DNA of 61,400 nucleotides, counting the filler, from Perkinsus olseni (taxonomy: Eukaryota), in assembly GCA_013115125.1 (NCBI GenBank). It is 3 parts of 3 records of this genome, joined end to end, with 100 filler letters (N's around TTAATTAATTAA, not from the genome) between each part and the next. Parts side by side here need not be neighbours in the genome. Positions count along the whole stretch, not along the records: positions 41,074 to 61,400 come from JABANN010000580.1; 2 more parts are not named here. One strand, given 5' to 3'. Position 1 is the stretch's first letter. The number at the start of each line of letters is the position of its first letter. The translations under genes were made by a program, and so were the position numbers. Positions 52,663-61,400 of the stretch are shown here, piece after piece. The notes below the pieces were generated by a model. The model did not search any database. It was not told the DNA's origin and saw only the letters and a program-made list of their open reading frames with translations.

Positions 52663-55600
52663 CTATCGAATGCTCAGGGGTTGACCAGCAGCGCGAGAGT
52701 ACGACTGAACCGTCGTGTCACCATCAACAGGCGAGAAGTCTCCCTGCTGAGTCGTCATAGTGTTCATAGAGCCATCAAGAGATCCTTGATTCGGTGTGAA
52801 GCCAGCTTGAAGCTCGGATGCTCTTCGGCGAGAGTCCGCAAAGGGGTCCCCCCGAGACATTGCCCTCTGAGCGATTTCCTGCTTCTTATTCGCCTTCCAT
52901 TCCCGAGCCCTCTGCCGCAGCTCAGCCTCGTCGCTTCCGCTGAACTTAGCGACGTGTGTCTTCGTAGTCTTAGTAATGGTTTGCATCTGTTGGTACGTTC
53001 CCGCCCATCCCGCAGTATTCAGCGGCGGTTTCTCAGGCGCTTCAACGCGGACAAAATCGCCATTCCACCACTTCGCAAAGGTCTGAGCATACTCCGGGTA
53101 ATGGTGGAAGAGGAGGGCGATGGGGGTGTTCTGGAAGGGTGGGTCGATGCCGTTGGAACTCTCGCCGCAAACAGCCTTTAATGTGGCCGCCTTCCCCTTG
53201 GTCTCCGCGTCATCATGAGCGCCGTTTTTGGTAACAATGGAGTTGCTTTCGGCCATCTCCATCTCGCCGCAGACGTAGGTGACCAGATGGTAGTCGCGCT
53301 GGGCGGGCGCGTCACCGGCGAAGTGATCGGGGCGAAGGAACTAACAACAACGATCACCGTCTCATTGCCCTGCAAACCAACGCCGAGCACATCGGCAAGT
53401 CTAGGCCGGAATAACCGTCAGCGTTGGACTATCATTTGCGGAAAGGAAGCTTCCCTGCTCGAATGCTCCCCTCAGGAAAGCTTCTTGACGAACTGTTTGA
53501 TTGCACTGCATTTCAACGCCACAGAAAGCCCCCAACCGAGAACATCGGCTTCGAGTCTGACTAAGCCGGAACAACCGTAGGCGTTGGACTACAAACTCAC
53601 ACACACACGCCAGCGCTGGGGGTACCTCCTTACCTCGATTCGCCTGGAAGTGACCTCCCCCTTCAAGTTGAAAACAACCGTCGCTCTCTTAAGCGGCAAT
53701 AGCTCCTCCTTGCCCATGTAAATGTCCTTTGGCACCGCCACAAAGTCGACAGTATCCAAAAGATTCGGGTCAAAGTCAACCTAAGTTTCTACCATTCCAC
53801 CAACCTCCCACACAAGCGCTGTCACCTGGTGATTGAGGTAGTCTCCAAAGCCATAAGCGAATCCAGTGGCCTTCATCATAGTGGGGAAATTAATCCGAAT
53901 TCTCTCATTTTTCAGCTCGGGCTCCTTATTACCAACCCTCTTGCCGCAATACACAGTAACTTCGTACTGCTTGTCGACTGTAAAGCGTGGCGCCTCCGTC
54001 ACCTCACGACAGCTGTACTCGAAGGCCCCGAACTGAAAAGATACACAAATCCGCAGTAGCTGTTACTCGCATGCGTGCGTAGCTGATACTCCGCCGCCCG
54101 GTCAGAAGCAGGCGGAAAGACTTCACATTCCTTCCCGCCTTGCAAATGAGCAACAGCGGAGAAGCAACAGTCCCTGATTCCAGACGGTGAACTCTCTTAC
54201 GTCTAAGACCAGTTCCTTCGGATAAATCTGAATGTACGCTCCCTTCAACTCAGAGGGGCTGTCAGCGATCAGGGCCGCCGCGCCAGCGTGACCGAAGTAG
54301 TACTTGCTCTCCACTAGTAACTACCAAGTGACGATTACAGTGTCTCCTACCCCGATCGAGCCTACCTTGCCCTTCTCCAGTCCAGCGAACGCCGAGGCAA
54401 CAGTAGTGGCACTGAGCTCGCTGTCCATAACCAGGACAAGGTCCGACCTCGGATACTTCTGGCCAGCCTTCGGTTTCTTGGTCACATCGTAGCACATGAG
54501 CGAGATGAAGTAGTAAAACTGCTTGTAGACGAAACGGCCGTTGGTGAGAGCCCCGCAGGAGTAGTAGTTGTTGGCGACCTGCCACCACGATCGATCATCA
54601 CCATCCTTCGCCATATTCAACTCACCTTGACAACCTTAAGATTCTTCTGTGTCGCCGTGGCCGAGATGAAGCGCAACTCGCCGGCGAACTTTACAGGTTT
54701 CTGGTCCACATAAACGCCCTTAACGTGCTGATAGATCGACGAGTAGGTAACAGGAGCCTTCGGGTTCTCCAGCTTGCCCCACCACGCAGCCAATTGACGA
54801 GCATGATATTGGTCATCACAAATAATCTGCAAAGATCTCTTCAAGCCTGATACCACACCCTCCCCAACTCACATCAACGTTCGTCTTCTGTCTAGATCCG
54901 TCATCCTTCTGGCACCTGGCCCTCACCATGTAAGCTTTGCTGGCCGTATTGATGGCTCTATGAGGCTCCGGAGCTGCCTCCACCGCGTCGCAGGTATACT
55001 GGAACTCAGACACGGCATAGTCGTAGGAACCAGCGGGGTTGTTGGGGAAGCCAACCTGAAGGTGACATCACGAATCGCGCTGCTGGCGGAAATGATCGCG
55101 AACGATGATTTCAGGTATATTCGGCATTCTTCGACGAACTAATTCTGAGACTCAGAATCAACTCCGAGACCGCAATAAGCGAGAAAAAAACATTTCTGGC
55201 GTCGATTCTGAGCTTCAAAATCAGTCTACTGAGCAGAGCATCTACGACTGAACATCAGTTCCTGATTCTGACCGACACTGCCTCTCGCTCTGGTTCAAGT
55301 ATTCTCACCGTCAGCCATCTCTTATGCTCCTCTCTCTCCACCACCGACGCCACCACGTCCGGGTGGGTCTGGGCCACCGATGTCGGCTGGTAGGAGGCCT
55401 TCGTCAGAGTGAACTCATTCTTGATGTTGTCGATGCGCACAGCCGCGCAGGATTTGAGAATATCTTTCGAGACCGCGAGCTCGGATACGACCGCCTTGCC
55501 CCAAGTGGCGATCTGCAGGGCCGACTCCTGTTCACGGCATTCGATCTCGAGGACCTGAGAAAATTGGCCACTTTCTTAGCGGAGCGAAGCAGGACTCCTT

Positions 55601-58600
55601 ACTTGTTCCTGGCAAGCACACTGCATGACTAAGGTGCCCATCGGCGTATACTGGGGAGGGGCCATAACGTGGCTGCAGGAATATTGATTCATCCCTTTCC
55701 CGGGGGCTAGGGCCTCGAGTTCAATGCCCGCCCCCACTATGGAGGCACGGCCAAGCTTCATTGGGGTGAGGGAACCCTTCACGGTCACGCGCTCACAGGA
55801 ACGGCAGACCTTCTCCTGGACGACCACCTGAAAGATACTGTATCACCATTGGGTTGCTGTTAAAGCCATTATACTGATGATGTTTTCGACACAACTGCTA
55901 CTAGCAGACATCGCCTTCTTCTCTCTAGCATTTTAGCATGGTGTCGAGTTAGTGTGGTTAGTTGGTGTTTTAGCATCGATGACTGAGTTAGTCAATATCA
56001 GCTAATCGATCGACTGTTACACACACTTATCAGTATTTTTAGCTATTAACCGGGGTACCAAGGAGAACGGAAATCACGAAGCAGGTCGTAGGTGACGAGG
56101 ATCATAGCAGTACTAAGATACCCATAAAACTTCACAATTTCCCTTTTTACGGATTCAGTAATTATTTTAACGTTGCGGGCGCGTTATGGCCACCAACCTG
56201 GTGAGCACAAGGGAAGAACTAATACCCAAGGGTAGTTGCTCGCGTCCTTCCGCAGTGACGATCAGGAAACTTGATTCTTCCAAGCATCTTCATACTGGTT
56301 GGCACCGTGGACCAGGGAAATTACAAGTTCAAAATAATATATTCTTTCGTCTAATGATCATGCCCGTTAGTCTTCAGAACCACGTGACCAAATATTCCGG
56401 TTGCGGAGTTTTTCACCCACCGAGCGATTATGCCGACCCTAGTTCTTACAGTAGCATCAGCCTTCCCACAGAACGGTCCACGGCTGACCTCGATAGCCGT
56501 CGTAGCTGATCCGCATACCATCTCAACCTGAAAGGACCATCAATTAGAGGGGGCAATCACGTCCTGTACAGTCCTAATGAAAGGCAGCCTTCTGACAGGA
56601 TGCAGGAGAACCACGAAAAACTTTTCTTCGGCCCGAGGCCCTCGTCGATAGCCCTAGACTGATGACACCCGGAAAATATCCACCGGAAATTCTTCCACTA
56701 CTAAGTAGTGACTACTCCGTAGCAATTCGTCATTCTAGGACATCATACCATGATGGTACATGTACCACGAGTACATCGGAAGTGCTGGTCTAACTGAGCC
56801 GTACTGTCGGCACCAGTTCGTCATCCCCCGCGACCCACCTTGGCCTCTGCCTGCGCCTTATCATCACGGCAATCCATCGGAATGACGTACTCGTCCAGGC
56901 GGATCTCAGGGTTCTGCTTCAGCGCCCCACAAGTGAGCACCCTCATCTCGCTTTGCCTTTGGACCTGACCATATACCCCTCCCCCACGACAAAGCCGCAC
57001 GTAACCCCGCTCACATAGAGGTAGCGGACGGACTGTGTCAAAGTGACGGTCTGCATGGCCACCTGCCATCCCGCATCGCCACCAACGCGGCAGGCCGTGC
57101 ACACCCCAGGCTGAGTTCGGACGGCGATCTGCAAGCAAACCAGGGATCCTGAGGGTCTCCAACGGAAGGTGTCACCTCCTTGCGAGAATATCCTCCCCAG
57201 TGCGTAGCGAAGAGGACGGCAGCATCGGGGTTGGAGCAGGAGACCACGACCCTCTGCGATTGACAGCTCATAGCCAGCCTGTAGATGCCGTTGTCGTTCT
57301 CTGGCGGGCCCGTCACAGCCTCACACGACAGACTCTGACTGGTCCTCTGTCTAACCTGAAGATTCCAATTCTCCTAATTCCGGTAACACACCATCGCTGT
57401 ACTTACTCTGATGTATCTTCTAGTCACCAGCATGCTCCTCGAGTACCCTCTCCCGCCAGCATTATCAACCCAGGCCTGCTCCAGTGTGTGAACGGCGGTG
57501 TCCACCCCCATGACCACGCTCCGGCAGGAGTCGATGAAATCGTTGTCCATGCGGACCTGCGGGTTGGCCAGACCACCCCAACGGTAGGCGAACTCCTTAG
57601 CCAGGTCAGCATCACTGTATTTGATAGTCGATTGCTGCTCATCACAAGTAGCCTGGGAAAGACACCCGATCGTCAACCCTCAACTGACGCCGTCAACCTC
57701 CCCCACCTCGATCACGTATCCGCCGTTTCTGTTGGCGATGTCGGTGGTGAGGGGAGCACAGATGTGGACCATCACTTTGTTGCTTCCGTCTTTAACCTAA
57801 TGGATGACTCACACTTACAACCTTTCTCGTACATAATATGAGCTATCAACATGAGACATGCTGGCACCACATACAGATTGTCACAAGACGGTTCGCGGCA
57901 GCGAAATGAGAGAAATGTGGTATGATATACTATTATTCGGCAAGGGGGTCTATGCATGTATACAGTTCGAACGAAGACATTAGCAACCTATGAATGCCAT
58001 TAATACCCAATTTACAGCTATAAAATTATAAAAAATAACGACGCTAATTGCAAAAAAAGAAATAAATTTTCACTCAGCCACCACCACCACCACCATCATA
58101 GATGAGGTCACCTCGAGAGTTCTCCTAAGGACATCAGCGTTGATGTTGTACTGCAGTTTGGCAGCCAAAATCGGCTTCGGAGTCCCCAGACGAAGGTTGC
58201 TACCCTGAACCGTGGCATACGCGTCTGTGAGGAGACTCGCGTCCATGTCGACCTGCCGGGAAGGTGGTGATAATGCATTGAGCGAATGAGCAGGAATAGC
58301 CTACCACTGGGCTGTCCAACTGAGCCCAGATGATGGCAAAGGCGATCGACGCAGTGACCGTTTTGAAGACCAATTTCACCTGCCATAACAAGACTGCCGA
58401 GTCTGTCAACTAGCTGACCCACTCAACCTACCGAGATGACGTTCTCCAGTCGTTCGTCAGTCGAGCACTTGAGTCTGAGGTAGTATCGATCGTCCTTGTA
58501 GGTGATGGTGTCGCTGTCATCCTTAAGTGAAGCGCAGAAGTAGGCCGATCCACGTATCTAGGCATGAGTCGTTTAAATATCTTCATGGCAACGCCACGTT

Positions 58601-61073
58601 GCGCACAGTAAAGATTCGTCCAACGACCGAATCCGAAAAGGTATCTTTGTAAACAGCTGCCGTGTCAACCTTCTCAACTTCTCCGTTACCCAAGTCGGCG
58701 CCTTCAACATGATCGAGATCAACCTGATGGCAGCCAGCATCGCTCGGCGCATCTCGGGCTGGACTACCACCCTACGGCAACGTATTGCCCCCACTGCTGG
58801 GCAAACTCTCGGGCGTCCTGCTCACGTTCAAATACGATATCGACCTCATCAGTGCGCTCCTCCATAGTCGGGGTGTCGCCGCGGAAGGACAGACCACAGC
58901 GGGTCCGGACGGTGTGCTCATCTGATAGGCTCCGATCACCACTGAGGTAACCGACGCCGCAGCTCACTTGCGCTGAGTTGGGCAATCGTCCAGACCTTCT
59001 GGCAGGCGTACCAAGCCTTGTCCTCTGACTTTACTCCCGCGGACCCGACCTGAATGGCCCTTTCGAAGCGCCGTCGCAGCAGTGGATGGCCCTTACCGCG
59101 AGCCACAGCAGCCTCACACGGTCCTCTCGGGTGAATCTCTCACGAGTGGCGCCTACTAGAGTGTACTTGGATGCCGCCTGGGTGTTGGTAGAAGGCCTGA
59201 TCTCCACCCGAAGAGAGGGAGTGATTAGCGCCAAGTTAACGGCGACCTGAAGATGCTATCGGGTATGGTAGAGGCGTGGGCCTGCGTACATCTGCTCTGA
59301 AGTGCGACCACTCGGATGAGAACCGCCAGGCATCGTCCTCGTCTTTGAACCGAATACCAACGGTTTTGCCTTGGCACTTGGCGTTCACGACGTATGTGTC
59401 ACTCGAGCTCTCATAGACGACAGGCTCGCTCACGCGGTCGCATCTGATGCTACCGTCCAAACCTTCGACCTGAAGATACCAGGCAGAATGTACGAAAATA
59501 CTGGAACCGAGAATCGAACTCGGGACCTACTGCGTGTTAGGCAGTCGTCATAACCAACTAGACCATTCCAGCACTGATGATCACGACTTCAACCATCGAG
59601 TGTATAAACTCCAGTAACGAGCATCTCACCTCGATACGTCCACGAACTGTCCTCCTTCCCATATCGGAGACATCCGATGTGGCTCGCAGAAGCTTCCCAT
59701 TGAACTCGCCCGAGAAGACCCCCTCGCAGCGCCCTACCAAGTCAGCGGCAACCTGAGGGGAGCACACATCTTCTCTGTCAACATCGAAGCAGATCACACC
59801 TCGCTGAAGCCACCCCACTGGGCCGCGAATTTCTCGGCCTGCTCCTCAGTAGCAAAACTAATTTCAACATCACCCTCGGCACAACTGGCCTTCGCAGTCT
59901 TCCCGTCGACGGCGGTGATTCCGGCGCAGTTGTGTTTCGTGCCGGGCTTCAGCTGAGCAGCGAGACATCAAAGCCACTCGAAATCGACGAGGATGACGGC
60001 TCACGGTGATGATGCGCTCGGTCGCCATCTCGGTCGAGGGGTTGATGCGGACCTCCGCGGAAGCGACATCAGAGCCGGCGAACTCGGAAGACCGAACTGG
60101 CACCTGCTCATCAACCGATACGTCGACTTTGAGATTTTTGAGTGATTACCCCGAGCGTGTATCCTCCCCAGTTGGCAGCGAACATCATCGCCGTTGCCCT
60201 TTCCTTGAACAACAAGTTGAAGGTTTTCGTGACTTTGTTCTGGTGCGTGCAGGTGAGTTCAACTTCATAACGCCCGTTAGCCTCGATAGGCCCCGAGTGA
60301 ATCTTATCGCAGTAAATCTTGAAGTCTCCAAGCTGAGAAAATTTCACTCCACCGCGGATCGAGATCAGATGGTTCAACCTACTGTCATCCGTCTAAGTGC
60401 AGGTCGACCTTCTTTGTATCTAACGTAGGTCAACCCAAGATTCTCCTTGGCACCCCACCACTGAGCAAAGGGGTTCTTTTCGACCCAAGCATCAGTCACG
60501 ACCTCACGGGCGACGGTGAACTGAGCGAAGGACCGTCCACTACAATGATGATGACAAATTCCTACAGTCTTGAGATCACCCCAGCGGACGGCAAACTGCA
60601 AGGCGTCATACTCGTGCTCGAAGAACAGGCTGGTCAGCTTGCCATCACACTTAGTAGACACTTCATACGCTGCCTCCTCAGTATCCCTTCTCGGCGAGCT
60701 CTTCACAGCCTCACAACGATGCTTTGAGAAGCTGCCACGGTTGTCTCCGACGAGCTGAGACCGTTGACGGGATGATTAACACCGAAAGCGTGGGAGAGGC
60801 CCACCCAGATGGTGCGCGGGTCCTGCTCGGTGTTGGCCGCCTTGGCGATTTGCGAGGCTTCCTTAACGCCAGGAATCACAACCTTATGGCACTGGTCTAC
60901 AATGTCGTCTGCAACCTAAGATACGCTTCCTTAACGGGGAGCCTCGAGAGTTGGTGAAGGAGTGGTAGGAGGATGCTCACCTGCTCGGTAACGGGGATGC
61001 CTCGAGCTGCGGTAAAGGCCAACGAGAGAGCGACAATCCACGCTGGGGCCTTCACGCTGGTGGTTTTCATCAT
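52663..61073 (-). CDS. Large secreted tandem-repeat protein (>=13 copies of a ~100-aa Cys-pair/'FAxxWG' unit); probably one multi-exon gene, possibly 2-3 tandem paralogs
   Basis: Single signal peptide MMKTTSVKAPAWIVALSLAFTAARG at 61073. Repeated C-x(n)-Y-x-V-x3-C-x(n)-F-x5-A-x2-FA-x2-WG units in successive minus-strand exons. Hydrophilic C-terminus with no TM, ending at 52663. Confidence 0.65.
53440..53600. repeat. Direct duplicate (copy 2) of 51693-51853
   Basis: Same alignment. Confidence 0.9.
59499..59572 (-). tRNA. trnV-AAC: tRNA-Val(AAC), intact, intronic
   Basis: GCTGGAA TG GTC TAGTTGGTTAT GAC G ACTGC CTAACAC GCAGT AGGTC CCGAG TTCGATT CTCGG TTCCAGT A is a full cloverleaf, followed by a TTTT Pol III terminator. 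Confidence 0.96.
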
Positions 61074-61400
61074 GTGACAGAGAAAAAGGGGCGACAGTAA
61101 TAAACGGAAAGTAAAGTGCCCGAGGGCCGACGCGGAAATCTTGCACTCTTCGGGCGACTTCCTTTTTCTCAACGGTATTTTTACACTTTCATCTTCTTAA
61201 TCTCTTTCGTAGTGAAAAATTAGATCCTAGAAAGGCTCAGCATCGACTCACCGCAGAGGAAGAGCTGTTCATCGAGCACTCTCGGCTGGGCATTCGTTAA
61301 AGGTGATCGGGGGTCGAACGCGGCACCGGGCATGATACAATTCGGCAACTTTGCTCGTCGCAACTTTAGGTCACGTTGCCCAGACGTGCCTCAGCGCACA

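Noticed and set aside
61300..61330. Minus-strand GCGTTCGACCCCCG, T-loop-like
   Set aside because: Stem does not pair and no acceptor or anticodon arms are found.
1..61400. CRISPR arrays, rRNA, transposase or reverse-transcriptase genes
   Set aside because: No regularly spaced direct repeats, rRNA-like sequence or mobile-element protein motifs were seen; the DNA is eukaryotic and spliced.

Overview
Intron-rich, gene-dense eukaryotic nuclear DNA, most likely from a Perkinsus-like alveolate. This is inferred from a plastid-type IspH with a dinoflagellate-style leader, many 35-60 nt GT-AG introns and a flagellar gene. The window is three contigs joined by artificial 100-nt N/TTAATTAATTAA linkers (20469-20568, 40974-41073), so adjacency across the linkers is not evidence of linkage. 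Contig 1: mannose-6-phosphate isomerase (partial), an Obg GTPase, a very large repeat-built type I membrane protein, a CFAP96/DUF4586-like gene, a YEATS protein and IspH/HDR. Contig 2: UTP20, a hypothetical gene, OST48/WBP1, a small secreted protein and an atypical (DVD-for-DFG) kinase. Contig 3: a RAP-domain protein, adenylate kinase, a RING-H2 protein, pescadillo, a degenerate P-loop protein and a ~8.4 kb secreted-protein locus built from at least 13 copies of an unrecognised Cys-pair/'FAxxWG' repeat. The most unusual signals are all in contig 3. (a) A 54-nt spliceosomal intron consists almost entirely of a tRNA-Thr 3' half, with the anticodon loop supplying the GTAAG donor. (b) A 142-nt RNA-like element is closed by a tRNA acceptor stem and T-arm but has a long structured insert. 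(c) There is also an intact intronic tRNA-Val and a tRNA-Ala-like relic. (d) The novel repeat protein. Gene boundaries were read by eye and are approximate where stated. No database searches were run.
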